A DNA stretch of 64,000 nt from NCBI GenBank assembly GCA_950097015.1, contig CATNEN010000002.1, positions 5,952,001-6,016,000 of the forward strand. Direction: 5' to 3'. The position numbers and the translations under genes are program-made. The notes beneath the pieces were generated by a model, which saw nothing but the letters and a program-made list of their open reading frames with translations, did no database searches and was not told the origin of the DNA. Each line of letters begins with the position of its first letter. Position 1 is the first letter of the stretch. Shown here piece by piece: positions 1 to 12,129 of this stretch. This stretch comes from Macrostomum hystrix (taxonomy: Eukaryota; Animalia; Platyhelminthes).

Positions 1-246
1 CGAGAGCGGATGGGTCAGCTGGCTGACGGCTTCCGCCAGTTGAAGCTGCACCTGCCGAACATTCCACCGGACATGAAGCTGTCCAAGCTGAACACCCTGC
101 GCCTGGCAACCAGGTACATCCAGGAGCTGACGGAACTGCTCCATCCCGATTCGACAACGACGAAGCCGGTCGATCGGCGAAGCGACGGAAGTTCAAGCAG
201 CGCTGCCGATGCATCCGCACTGGGAGCTGACACATCTGGCTGGTGA
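1..246 (+). CDS. bHLH transcription factor, TCF21/Musculin(MyoR)-like; 3' part only (5' end lies before the window)
   Basis: Frame 1 reads RERMGQLADGFRQLKLHLPNIPPDMKLSKLNTLRLATRYIQELTELL, which matches the helix-loop-helix motif P.D.KLSKL.TLRLA of the TCF21/MSC group. Stop at 244-246. Confidence 0.85.
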   Translation, partial: RERMGQLADGFRQLKLHLPNIPPDMKLSKLNTLRLATRYIQELTELLHPDSTTTKPVDRRSDGSSSSAADASALGADTSGW

Positions 247-394
247 CGCTGTTTCCTTCGATCATTGTTCACGGAGCTCTTTTAATTTCGATGTGACTCA
301 AATCGGTTCTCACTCTTACTGAGCACTTCTCAGCGGTCGCTACATCTGCTCTTTTCACCTGTCCACTTCCAATTCTATTTATCTACTTCTTAGC

Positions 395-650
395 CTAATC
401 TGTCTACTTCTCATCCCTAACCTGTCTACTTCTCATCTCTAACCTGTCTACTTCTCATCTCTAGCCTGTCTACTTCTCATCTCTAACCTGTCTGCTTCTC
501 ATGCCTAACCTGTCTACTTCTCATCCCTAAGCTGTCTACTTCTCATCTCTAACCTGTCTACTTCTCATGCCTAACCTGTCTACTTCTCATCCCTAACCTG
601 TCTACTTCTCATGCCTAACCTGTCTACTTCTCATGCCTAACCTGTCTCCT
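395..650. repeat. ~21-bp minisatellite (CTAACCTGTCTACTTCTCATC-like)
   Basis: Tandem copies are directly visible. Confidence 0.9.
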
Positions 651-694
651 TTTTATACCTCCAACTCCAATTCCGATCTCCAACTCAACTAACT

Positions 695-815
695 ACTTTC
701 TAACTCACCAGTCTACCAATCAACTCACCAGTCTACCAATCAACTCACCTGTCTACCAATCAACTCACCTGTCTACCAATCAACTCACCAGTCTACCTAT
801 CAACTCACCTGTCTA
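695..815. repeat. 20-bp minisatellite (CAACTCACCTGTCTACCAAT)
   Basis: Tandem copies are directly visible. Confidence 0.9.
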
Positions 816-1364
816 CTTGAAAAGAGAAGTGAGAAGCGACCGTGAGAAGCATGCTATATTTGCTAACTGTTTGCTAACCAAAGATTTTAATTATTATTGC
901 GCAGGAAATTCTTATAAAATGCTTTTTATATTGCTACTGATAGTAGTATGTAATGCAATTCGGAGTTCATCTTAGCCTTGCTTAATATACAAGACTTAGA
1001 TTTTTTGTTTCGACCATATTTTTCACTCTGCCAGGTGCCACAAAGCAATGAGAATGTTTCTTGTTAGGCTATTTTATTATCTTTTAGAGCACAAATTTGT
1101 ATCTTTATTTAATTTTTTTCCAATTCTAGAATTCCAACAAACTATTTTTTCGCTCCAGCCCTGCCTTTCACTTTGTCTCTTAACTCGAAAATTTTGCTCA
1201 TTCTACACTCGAATTTTTTTAACTGCGTCGTTTAAATTCTCGAAATTTGCTTGCAGGTTCTCTAGCATTGCGTCATTGCCTAATAGATGTTTCTAAACAG
1301 TGCCATGTACAGTTAAACAAAATTATTCATTTTTCTTAGTCTTCTTGCATCTAAAGTGGTTTCA

Positions 1365-1520
1365 GTCAAGTAGTTAAACTGGCGTCGAACTGGCAACGTG
1401 AAGGTCGGGGGTTCGATTCCTACTCAAGAACTAAACTCGACTTATATTCACCCAGCTGTTAAGCAGACACCTTGTGGCGCATCCCAGTCCATGGACTGAG
1501 CAGCTGTACTCAGACTTACT
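1365..1520 (+). mobile_element. tRNA-headed SINE, family B (degenerate)
   Basis: B-box GGTTCGATTCC followed by CACCCAGCTGTT and CAGTCCATGGACTG. Homologous copies at ~22745, ~23545 and ~53770. Confidence 0.7.
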
Positions 1521-1547
1521 ATTAATATAAGGCTTGAATATAATATT

Positions 1548-1890
1548 GGGGGTGAGTCGAAGAGCAGTTAACTCTTTGCCTCTCGCACCAAGGTCCCTGA
1601 GCTCGAGGCCACATTCATTTGGGGCGCAGCCGTGCAGAGAAGGCTTGGGGGCTTGTCGTGCAATTGACGCCCTTGAGGGCCAACCTCCAAGGCACAGTGA
1701 GAGTGTACACTGCATGACGATGAGAATGGCAGGGCAGGTGTACACACCTGTGTCAGTGTGTGCTCAGGAGCCATCGAAATGGGCAGAATTGCCTCCTCGC
1801 TGGCTGCAGGTCCATTGCCACCAATTGATGTGCTATTGCCTGTAGCTCTCCTGCAATTGTTATTATCATTATCATCATTATTACTATTAA
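1548..1890 (+). mobile_element. tRNA-headed SINE, family A (near full length)
   Basis: GGGGTGAGT head, shared body, 3' GCCTCCTCGCTGGC hairpin region and (ATT)-rich tail. About 10 homologous copies in the window. Confidence 0.85.
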
Positions 1891-2629
1891 TATGAGGCTT
1901 AAAAAACAAAGATTGTAAGTAATTTAAAGAAAAATATCGATTGAAGGACTTCTAGATAAAGCACAGAAAAAGCTTCACTGAAGACTAAAAAAATGAGAGC
2001 AGAAAATAGACAATAATCAGGTCTACCCCAGTCCAGAGTTCGCGAGACTGGAAGCAGAACATTTTCGCATTGCATGCAGCACCCCCCTGCTGGCTCTGCT
2101 TTGCCTACGGACTCGGCGGGAGGTTTCGGGACCCACCGCGCTAGTTAACGCTGCATAATTGAAGGTGTCAAAGGATGGGGACCGGCTTGGCGTGGAGTTT
2201 GAGAGAGAAGCTGAAGCAGTGCTGCTGTTTTATCCCCCAGAAAAAATGTGTCCATCATCTTGTTTAATTATTGAATGGGCCAACAAAGTTTTTTCTTTGG
2301 CTCCGAGTCTGCCAGTCTGATGTCTGACTTGCCTTAATTAGGAAATTTGTTGAAATATTCCTAATTGGAATAATATACTCTTCGAAAAGCACGAGAGTGG
2401 AAGTTTGGAAGTCAACTGCTTGAAATTCCAAATTGCAATTTCTAAACTGAGAATTTCCTTAGTCCAATTGGATAATCAGACCCTTGAATGATCGTGAAAT
2501 CCCATCCCTAATCCCATCCTCAATCCCATCCCAATCCCATCCTAATTCTATCCCAAATCTCATCCTTGAAATATTAGTTATAAGATACTCTTAGAGTAAG
2601 TAATTCTCCCAAAATCAGTCACCTTATCC

Positions 2630-3062
2630 TTCTGAGATCAGTTATCCCATCCTTCTGAGATCAGTTATCCCATCCTTCTGAGATCAGTTATCCCATCCTT
2701 CTGAGATCAGTTATCCCATCCTTCTGAGATGAGTTATCCCATCCTTCTGAGATCAGTTATCCCATCCTTCTGAGATGAGTTCTCCCATCCTTCTGAGATC
2801 AGTTATCCCATCCTTCTGAGATGAGTTCTCCCATCCTTCTGAGATCAGTTATCCCATCCTTCTGAGATCAGTTATCCCATCTTTCTGAGATCAGTTATCC
2901 CATCCTTCTGAGATCAGTTATCCCATCCTTCTGAGATCAGTTATCCCATCCTTCTGAGATCAGTTATCCCATCCTTCTGAGATCAGTTATCCCATCCTTC
3001 TGAGATCAGTTATCCCATCCTTCTGAGATCAGTTATCCCATCCTTCTGAGATCAGTTATCCC
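2630..3062. repeat. 23-bp minisatellite (CTTCTGAGATCAGTTATCCCATC)
   Basis: Highly homogeneous tandem copies. Confidence 0.95.
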
Positions 3063-3839
3063 ATCGCACAATTCCGAGAGAATATCAATGAAAATGTTTG
3101 TTCTGTATGAGGTGCCCGCATCCTGCAAGAAATTGACACAGGTAGACAGGCGCAGTCGAAGGTCAGGTAAAAATATTTTTTCTCAGAGTTTTGACAGGCG
3201 CAAAAATAAAATGTCAAGAAATGCGGCAAAGTGGCTGCATTCTCGAAATTCCCCTTTCCCCCCGGAAGATGCGAATCTTTGGCAGGCCAGGGGAAATTAG
3301 CCCTATCTGTTTTTATGGCTCTCGGCTTCCTCGATGACCCCCCGGAAGAAGAAGTCCCGCCGTCAGCTGCTGCTCTACGCGGGCAATGCGGCGGTCGAGA
3401 GCACCTGACGGGGATATGCCAGAAATCCTTGGAAAATACCGGTGTCTCATTGCGGAGCTGCCACCGCGCAATGTCCTCATTAATCAGCGGTTGAGGCTGG
3501 GAAGTTGGCGATGGAATCCCAAAATAAAATGCTTTTATGGCTGACTTTTTGGGAGAATGAATAACAGGCAGCTGCATTGGGGAATCAATTTCTGTTCATT
3601 CTATCCAAATGAGGCCAAATACCTATTTTTCAATCGCTTTTGTCAGGTAAGTCCGAGAGGTGGGTTTGTGCAATCGCTTCGAATATTTTCAGAAATGCCA
3701 GCCAGATTTTAGAAACTAGAAACTTCGCTTTTATCTTGAAGCATTCTAGCAATTGATAATTTTTTAGCTACTATTGGAAAATTTGCTGTGCAATATTGAA
3801 TTTTTGGGATCTGCAAGATAACAAAAGACGTAATGTTTG

Positions 3840-6770
3840 ATGATTAGGGATCATGATGTTTGGGGATCACGAAGTTTAGGGACTATGATGTTTAAGGATC
3901 ATGAAGTTTCGGATTATGAAGTTTAGGGATCATGACGTTTAGGGGATCATGAAGTTAAGGACCATGAAGTTTAGGGGATTATGAAGTTAAGGATCATGAA
4001 GTTTAGGGATCATGAAGTTTAGGGATCGTGAGGTTTGGGGATCATACAGTTTAGGGATCTTGAAGTTTAATCATAAATTCGATGGATCGTGAAGTTTAGG
4101 GATCATGAAGTTTGGGGATCATTCAGTTTAGGGATCTTGAAGTTTAGGGATCGTGAATTTTAGGGATCATGAAGTTTAGGGATCATGGTCATGATGTTTT
4201 GGGATCATGAAGTTTAGGGATCATGGTCATGATGTTTTGGGATCATGATGTTTTGGGATCACGAAGTTTAGGGACTATGATGTTTAAGGATCATGAAGTT
4301 TCGGATTATGAAGTTTAGGGATCATGACGTTTAGGGGATCATGAAGTTAAGGACCATGAAGTTTAGGGGATTATGAAGTTAAGGATCATGAAGTTTAGGG
4401 ATCATGAAGTTTAGGGATCGTGAGGTTTGGGGATCATACAGTTTAGGGATCTTGAAGTTTAATCATAAATTCGATGGATCGTGAAGTTTAGGGATCATGA
4501 AGTTTGGGGATCATACAGTTTAGGGATCTTGAAGTTTAGGGATCGTGAATTTTAGGGATCATGAAGTTTAGGGATCATGGTCATGATGTTTTGGGATCAT
4601 GAAGTTTAGGGATCATGGTCATGATGTTTTGGGATCATGATGTTTTGGGATCATGAAGTTTAGGGATCATGATGTTTAAGGATCATAAAGTTTCGGATTA
4701 TTAAGTTTAGGGATCATGATGTTTTGGGATCATGAAGTTAAGGGATCATGAAGTTTAGGGATCATGAAGTTCAGGGATCCTGAAGTTTAGGGATCATGAA
4801 GTTTAGGGATCATGAAGTTTCGGGATCATGAAGTTCAGGGATCATGAAGTTTTGGGATCATGAAGTTCAGGGATCATCAAGTTTCGGGATCATGAAGTTT
4901 AGAGATCATGAAGTTTCGGGATCATGAAGTTTCGGGATCATTAATTTTAGGGATTATGAAGTTCAGGGATCATGAAGTTTTGGGATCATGAAGTTCAGGG
5001 ATCATGAAGTTTTGGGATCATGAAGTTTAGGGATCATGAAGTTTGGGGATCATACAGTTTAGGGATCTTGAAGTTTAGGGATCGTGAATTTTAGGGATCA
5101 TGAAGTTTAGGGATCATGGTCATGATGTTTTGGGATCATGAAGTTTAGGGATCATGGTCATGATGTTTTGGGATCATGATGTTTTGGGATCACGAAGTTT
5201 AGGGACTATGATGTTTAAGGATCATGAAGTTTCGGATTATGAAGTTTAGGGATCATGACGTTTAGGGGATCATGAAGTTAAGGACCATGAAGTTTAGGGG
5301 ATTATGAAGTTAAGGATCATGAAGTTTAGGGATCATGAAGTTTAGGGATCGTGAGGTTTGGGGATCATACAGTTTAGGGATCTTGAAGTTTAATCATAAA
5401 TTCGATGGATCGTGAAGTTTAGGGATCATGAAGTTTGGGGATCATACAGTTTAGGGATCTTGAAGTTTAGGGATCGTGAATTTTAGGGATCATGAAGTTT
5501 AGGGATCATGGTCATGATGTTTTGGGATCATGAAGTTTAGGGATCATGGTCATGATGTTTTGGGATCATGATGTTTTGGGATCATGAAGTTTAGGGATCA
5601 TGATGTTTAAGGATCATAAAGTTTCGGATTATTAAGTTTAGGGATCATGATGTTTTGGGATCATGAAGTTAAGGGATCATGAAGTTTAGGGATCATGAAG
5701 TTCAGGGATCCTGAAGTTTAGGGATCATGAAGTTTAGGGATCATGAAGTTTCGGGATCATGAAGTTCAGGGATCATGAAGTTTTGGGATCATGAAGTTCA
5801 GGGATCATCAAGTTTCGGGATCATGAAGTTTAGAGATCATGAAGTTTCGGGATCATGAAGTTTCGGGATCATTAATTTTAGGGATTATGAAGTTCAGGGA
5901 TCATGAAGTTTTGGGATCATGAAGTTCAGGGATCATGAAGTTTTGGGATCATGAAGTTTAGGGATCATGAAGTTTAGGGATCATGAAGTTTAGGGATCAT
6001 GAAGTTCAGGGATCATGAAGTTTTGGGATCATGAAGTTTAGAGATCATGAAGTTTCGGGATCATGAAGTTCAGGGATCATGAAGTTTCGGGATCATGAAG
6101 TTTCGGGATCATGAAGTTTAGGGATCATGAAGTTTAGGGATCATGAAGTTCAGGGATCATGATGTTTAGGGATAATGAAGTTTAGGGATCATGAAGTTCA
6201 GGGATCATGATGTTTAGGGATAATGAAGTTCAGGGATCATGATGTTTAGGGATAATGAAGTTTAGGGATCATGAAGTTCAGGGATCATGAAGTTTCGGGA
6301 TCATGAAGTTCAGGGATCATGAAGTTTAGGGATCATGAAGTTTAGGGATCATGAAGTTTAGGGATCATGAAGTTTAGGGATCATGAATTTTAGGGATTAT
6401 GAAGTTCAGGGATCATGAAGTTTTGGGATCATGAAGTTCAGGGATCATGAAGTTTTGGGATCATGAAGTTTCGGGATCATGAATTTTAGGGATTATGAAG
6501 TTTCGGGATCATGAAGTTTAGGGATCATGAAGTTTAGGGATCATGAAGTTCAGGGATCATGAAGTTTTGGGATCATGAAGTTTAGAGATCATGAAGTTTC
6601 GGGATCATGAAGTTCAGGGATCATGAAGTTTTGGGATCATGAAGTTTAGAGATCATGAAGTTTCGGGATCATGAAGTTCAGGGATCATGAAGTTTTGGGA
6701 TCATGAAGTTTAGAGATCATGAAGTTTCGGGATCATGAAGTTCAGGGATCATGAAGTTTAGGGATTATGA
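3840..6770. repeat. 16-bp satellite (GGGATCATGAAGTTTA) with higher-order duplications
   Basis: Tandem copies. Diagnostic variant blocks recur at ~3868/4260/5191 and ~4069/4461/5392. Confidence 0.95.
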
Positions 6771-7599
6771 AGCTCTTGTGTCGTTTAGTTTGCAATCCTA
6801 AAATCCTAAATTTTTTTAAACATGATTACTACTAAGATTTTGTTATAATTACCGGGATGGAAAGGTTCTTGAACTGTCCCTTACAATGCAAGCGTTGAAG
6901 ATCACGAAAATTGAGTTTTTATAGAAATCGATCTTGGTAAAAACATGTTTTTATTAACGAAAAACTCTAAAATAAGAAATATATTTTAAAGGAAAGCAAA
7001 ATTATGAAAACAAGAAAAGTCAATGTCTGAAGGATTCCAAAATTTTTGTTGGACTGTTGTTCTACCCCCGGAAAAAAAAAACAATAAAGAGAAAGTGACT
7101 TTGAAGCCTTTCACCAACACAGAAGACAATTCGTTGCCACTTTGCCTTCACTGATTAATGAGGAGCCTTCGACAACATTCCACTGAGCCGCGTCAGGTGG
7201 TGGCGCTGCGGAAGCTCGAGGAGGCACCGAGACATCTGGAGCAGCTGCTGACACGGCATTCCAGCAGATTCTCCAGAGCCGCTGCCAGATTTTGCGGGCC
7301 TCTATAAAAAACATTCATTAAACAGCGGCAATTGGGAACCAATAAATTCTTGGCGTGCCTGGGATCGGGCAGTGCGATTGGGCAAATTGCCCCCACGAAG
7401 TGAAGCCTGAAATTCCTGGGCTAAGAATGCTTCCAGTTAAAATTTGACTTTTATTTCTCAACTGTCTTTGCGTGTCTGTTCGCGAGCTTTGTGTCAGATA
7501 GAGTCTGAGTGCAGGCTGCTTCGCTTGCAACAATATTCGCGATCGGAAATTTCAAGTTGCAAAATATTGCTCTACCTTTGTTTGCTAATCTCAATACCA

Positions 7600-9140
7600 T
7601 TCGCTCCTCTCCTCTACTCTCCTCTCCTCTCCTTTACTGTCCTCTCCTCTCCTCTCCTATCCTCTCCTATCCTCTCCTCTCCTCTCCTCTCCTATCCTCT
7701 CCTTTACTGTCCTCTCCTCTCCTTTACTGTCCTCTCCTCTCCTTTACTGTCCTCTCCTCTCCTTTACTGTCCTCTCCTCTCCTTTACTGTCCTCTCCTCT
7801 CCTTTACTGTCCTCTCCTCTCCTTTACTGTCCTCTCCTCTCCTTTACTGTCCTCTCCTCTCCTTTACTGTCCTCTCCTCTCCTTTACTGTCCTCTCCTCT
7901 CCTTTACTGTCCTCTCCTCTCCTTTACTGTCCTCTCCTCTCCTTTACTGTCCTCTCCTCTCCTTTACTGTCCACTCCTTTACTGTCCTCTCCTTTACTGT
8001 CCTCTCCTTTACTGTCCTCTCCTTTACTGTCCTCTCCTTTACTGTCCTCTCTTTTACTGTCCTCTCTTTTACTGTCCTCTCCTTTACTGTCCTCTCCTTT
8101 ACTGTCCTCTCCTTTACTGTCCTCTCCTTTACTGTCCTCTCCTTTACTGTCCTCTCCTTTACTGTCCTCTCCTTTACTGTCCTCTCCTTTACTGTCCTCT
8201 CTTTTACTGTCCTCTCTTTTACTGTCCTCTCCTTTACTGTCCTCTCCTTTACTGTCCTCTCCTATCCTCTCCTATCCTCTCCTATCCTCTCCTATCCTCT
8301 CCTATCCTCTCCAATCCTCTCCTATCCTTTCCTATCCTCTCCTATCCTCTCCTTTACTGTTCTCTCCTATCCTCTCCTATCCTATCCTATCCTCTCCTAT
8401 CCTCTCCTATCCTCTCCTCTCCTCTCCTCTCCTCTCCTCTCCTCTCCTCTCCTCTCCTCTCCTCTCCTCTCCTCTCCTCTCCTTTACTGTTCTCTCCTAT
8501 CCTCTCCTATCCTATCCTATCCTCTCCTATCCTCTCCTATCCTATCCTATCCTCTCCTATCCTCTCCTATCCTCTCCTCTCCTCTCCTCTCCTCTCCTCT
8601 CCTCTCCTCTCCTCTCCTCTCCTCTCCTCTCCTCTCCTCTCCTTTACTGTCCTCTCCTCTCCTCTCCTTTACTGTCCTCTCCTCTCCTCTCCTCTCCTCT
8701 CCTATCCTCTCCTCTCCTTTACTGTCCTCTCCTCTCCTCTCCTCTCCTCTCCTCTCCTCTACTCTCCTCTCCTCTCCTCTCCTCTCCTCTCCTCTCCTCT
8801 CCTCTCCTCTCCTCTCCTATCCTCTCCTCTCCTTTACTGTCCTCTCCTCTCCTTTACTGTCCTCTCCTCTCCTCTCCTTTACTGTCCTCTCCTCTCCTCT
8901 CCTTTACTGTCCTCTCCTATCCTCTCCTATCCTCTCCTATCCTCTCCTATCCTCTCCTCTCCTCTCCTCTCCTCTCCTCTCCTCTCCTCTCCTATCCTCT
9001 CCTATCCTCTCCTCTCCTCTCCTCTCCTCTCCTCTCCTCTCCTCTCCTATCCTCTCCTATCCTCTCCTCTCCTCTCCTCTCCTCTCCTCTCCTCTCCTCT
9101 TCTCTCCTCGCCTCTCCTGTCGTCTCACCTTATCTCCTCT
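7600..9140. repeat. Polypyrimidine (CCTCT)n satellite with TTACTGT/CCTAT variants
   Basis: Directly visible. Confidence 0.95.
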
Positions 9141-9554
9141 TTAAAGCTATTGATTAGCTATAAAAGCTAACTGCAAAATTCGCAGACAAGCCAAGTGTAC
9201 ATTCAGACAGCATGTACAGGGTTGCCACCTGCCCAGCAGGCAAAGCTCGGCCATCAATTCAAACTGACAGGCTCTGTCTCACCTGCGCCAGCTTTCTACC
9301 TTCTGTTTTCGATAAGAGAAATCAATTTGAAATTTGAAAGCCTTCGAAAACAATTCCACATGGGCACCTGCTGCACTCAGGGTAAAATTTATCTACAATG
9401 TCTAGCTCAGAATGATTTATGATTGCGTACCGTTGCGACCGCTTGCGTCACAGATGGCTGAGAGAATGTTGCGGATTACAATTGACGATGGGATTTTCCT
9501 GGAAATAGCCATTACCAATCATTGCATTGCTTTCGCGATTGCAGAAACATTCTT

Positions 9555-9925
9555 GAATAGAATGGAATGAATTGAGTAGAATGCAATGGATGGAATAGAA
9601 TGCAATGGATGGAATAGAATGGAATAGATGGAATATAATACAATGGATGGAATAGGATGCAATGGATGGAATAAAATGGAATGGATGGAAGAAAATGGAA
9701 TGGATGGAATAGAATGAATGGATAGAATAGAATGGAATGAATGGAATTGAATGCAATGGATGGAATAAAATGGAATGGATGGAAGAAAATGGAATGGATG
9801 GAATAGAATGAATGGATAGAATAGAATGGAATGAATGGAATTGAATGCAATGGATAAAATAAAATGGAATGGATGGAAGAAAATGGAATGGATGGAAGAA
9901 AATGGAATGGATGGAATAGAATTGA
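9555..9925. repeat. Degenerate (GGAAT)n pentamer satellite
   Basis: Directly visible. Confidence 0.85.
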
Positions 9926-10399
9926 TTCGATGGAAAATATTAGTTTTAAATAGAAATCAATGAATATATAAAAAAGCTGTGAACAATGCCCGGCATTTTC
10001 TACGAAACGCGTGAGTTTTTCATTGAAAAAAATCGAAACTGATTCCAACTATCTGAAGCTGCGATTCTCAGCTTTGATGGACACGCTGTCAGTTCTCCGC
10101 GCTCCGCAAGGTGGCCCAAATCATTAGAATATTTACAAATCGGGGTAGGCTGAGGACCACATTTTTATTACAAACTGCTCGATTAACTGCCCATCAGACT
10201 GAAGTTTTTTAGGCAAATATAAATGAAACTCCATTGGCGGACTCCCTGTTGTGGGATCTGGGCGCTGCGCCACCTGTACCAAACGCCTACAGTGGCACCC
10301 GAATGCTGCAGCATCCGCATTGTTGACGAATTTCTCTTTGGTGTATCACTTAATTAGTCTCATTTTACCTCCTAGCCAGCAGCTTCTAGATGCCTTCTT

Positions 10400-10740
10400 C
10401 ACTCTCTACTTCTCTCTCTTGTCTACTTCTCTCTCTTGTCTACTTCTCTCTCTTGTCTACTTCTCTCTCTTGTCAACTTCTCTCTCTTGTCTACTTCTCT
10501 CTCTTGTCTACTTCTCTCTCTTGTCTACTTCTCTCTCTTGTCAACTTCTCTCTCTTGTCTACTTCTCTCTCTTGTCTACTTCTCTCTCTTGTCTACTTCT
10601 CTCTCTTGTCAACTTCTCTCTCTTGTCTACTTCTCTCTCTTGTCTACTTCTCTCTCTTGTCTACTTCTCTCTCTTGTCTACTTCTCTCTCTTGTCTACTT
10701 CTCTCTCTTGTCTATTTCTCTCTCTTGTCTACTTCTCTTT
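10400..10740. repeat. 17-bp minisatellite (CTACTTCTCTCTCTTGT)
   Basis: Tandem copies are directly visible. Confidence 0.95.
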
Positions 10741-10980
10741 GATTTCGAAATTAATTTTACAGGGAATAAGTTTTTCGAATTAATTGTCTTTCTATGTTCA
10801 AATGCACGCCATGGCAACGCCAATAACAAGACAAAAGCAATTCTATTTACACTGCACAAATTGGCAAGAATCAAATAGGCACTGAATACTGTAGATAAAC
10901 AAGGACAGAAAGCTGTGTACACAAATGAACAAAAGAAGCACACTGATATGGGGCTACAGAAAATTGTGTTTGCCGGTTAA

Positions 10981-11805
10981 TCACTCAAAGCAGTTCACAG
11001 ACGACTCGCAGCAGCCGCAGCTTAGAACTGAAGCGTCCGCCGCACTGCTGGAGCTGCCGTCGCTTCGCCGACCGCCACGGTTGGCCTTCGATGTGGCACT
11101 CGCCGTGGAAGCGGCTGCCGCAGCCACCACCGCGGCCACTCTCCGTCTGCCAGGCTCCGCTCTCGCAAAGCTCCAGGGCACACACTGCTGCTGCTGCTGC
11201 TGCTGCTGCTGCCCACCCAAAGGCTCCAACTTGGGTCGCTGATTCTCGACGTTCTCGTCGGCGGCAGGCTGGTCAGTCAGCTGGGCCGAGTCGCTGTCAG
11301 TCTGCAGCAGGTCAGTCAGGTGCCGGATGTACCTGGCTGCCAGGCGCAGGGTGTCCAGCTTGGACAGCTTCGTGTCTGGCGGAATGTTGGGCAGCGCGAG
11401 CTTGAGCCGGTGGTACTCGCTGGACAGGACGTGCATTCGCTCGCGCTCTCTCTGATTGGCCGCCTGCCGCTCTGATTGGCTCAGAACTACTCCCGGCTGC
11501 GACTTCGGCAGCTTGTGCGCCGGCTGCTGCTGCTGCTGCTGCTGACGGCGTTTTCTTTGGCGCTTCTGCGGCGGCTTTTTCTGCTGCTGCTGCTCGGGCA
11601 GAGGCAGCGGAGGCGGTGGCTGCATCCGTTCGTGTTCGGCCACTTCGAAGTCTGCCGCAGTCATAGCCGGCCACTGGTAAACACAGTCAGGGTTCGGCAG
11701 TTGAATGAGCTGCTGCTGCTGCTGGCTGTGATAAGAAGCCATGCGGTGCTCCACGGCAGTGCCGTAGCTCACGCTCCACTGCCACTGCGAAGAAGACATT
11801 GGCAT
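10981..11805 (-). CDS. bHLH transcription factor, TCF21/Musculin(MyoR)-like, single exon, 274 aa
   Basis: RQAANQRERERMHVLSSEYHRLKLALPNIPPDTKLSKLDTLRLAARYIRHLTDLLQ. The PPDTKLSKLDTLRLA motif is typical of TCF21/MSC. A later VPWSF motif resembles the family's C-terminal WPF motif. Confidence 0.88.
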   Translation of the reverse strand: MPMSSSQWQWSVSYGTAVEHRMASYHSQQQQQLIQLPNPDCVYQWPAMTAADFEVAEHERMQPPPPLPLPEQQQQKKPPQKRQRKRRQQQQQQQPAHKLPKSQPGVVLSQSERQAANQRERERMHVLSSEYHRLKLALPNIPPDTKLSKLDTLRLAARYIRHLTDLLQTDSDSAQLTDQPAADENVENQRPKLEPLGGQQQQQQQQQCVPWSFARAEPGRRRVAAVVAAAAASTASATSKANRGGRRSDGSSSSAADASVLSCGCCESSVNCFE

Positions 11806-11871
11806 TAGTAGGGGACTTGCTCGATTGGAAATATTTTGCTAGCCTTTCTGCGGAGCCCGTCACGGGGCGCG

Positions 11872-11879
11872 TTTAAATA
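11872..11879 (-). promoter_or_regulatory. Possible TATA-like box (TATTTAAA) of the bHLH gene
   Basis: TATTTAAA on the minus strand ~70 nt upstream of the ATG, in otherwise GC-rich context. Confidence 0.35.
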
Positions 11880-12129
11880 GGCCCGACAGTTGGCCGATGT
11901 AGCGGCGCGGAGGCTGGGACCGCTGCAATTGGCTGGCCTAGGCGCGGCTTGTCCTGCATCAGGGGCCAATCGATGGCGCCAACACTGCAGGAGCAGCAGC
12001 GGCGGCAGAAGAACTGGGGCTTCAATCTGGCTTCGATTGCATGAGGTTTACGTGCGAAGCTTCCATATTCTTCCTGTTACAATTCTAGCTAGGACTATAT
12101 GCTCTGATTCTTATCCCTATTCCTATCCC

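Noticed and set aside
1790-1860. Canonical-order HDV-like ribozyme or SECIS in the SINE A tail
   Set aside because: There is no upstream P1 5' strand, no GG for P1.1 and only a weak P2; the SECIS AUGA/GA geometry does not fit. Kept only as the permuted hypothesis in findings.
3056-3577. 173-aa minus-strand ORF
   Set aside because: No recognisable domain; spans compositionally heterogeneous sequence and runs into a minisatellite.
7444-9170. 566-aa and 553-aa ORFs (SSPLL/YCPLL repeats)
   Set aside because: Translations of the CCTCT satellite; open only because the unit lacks stop codons.
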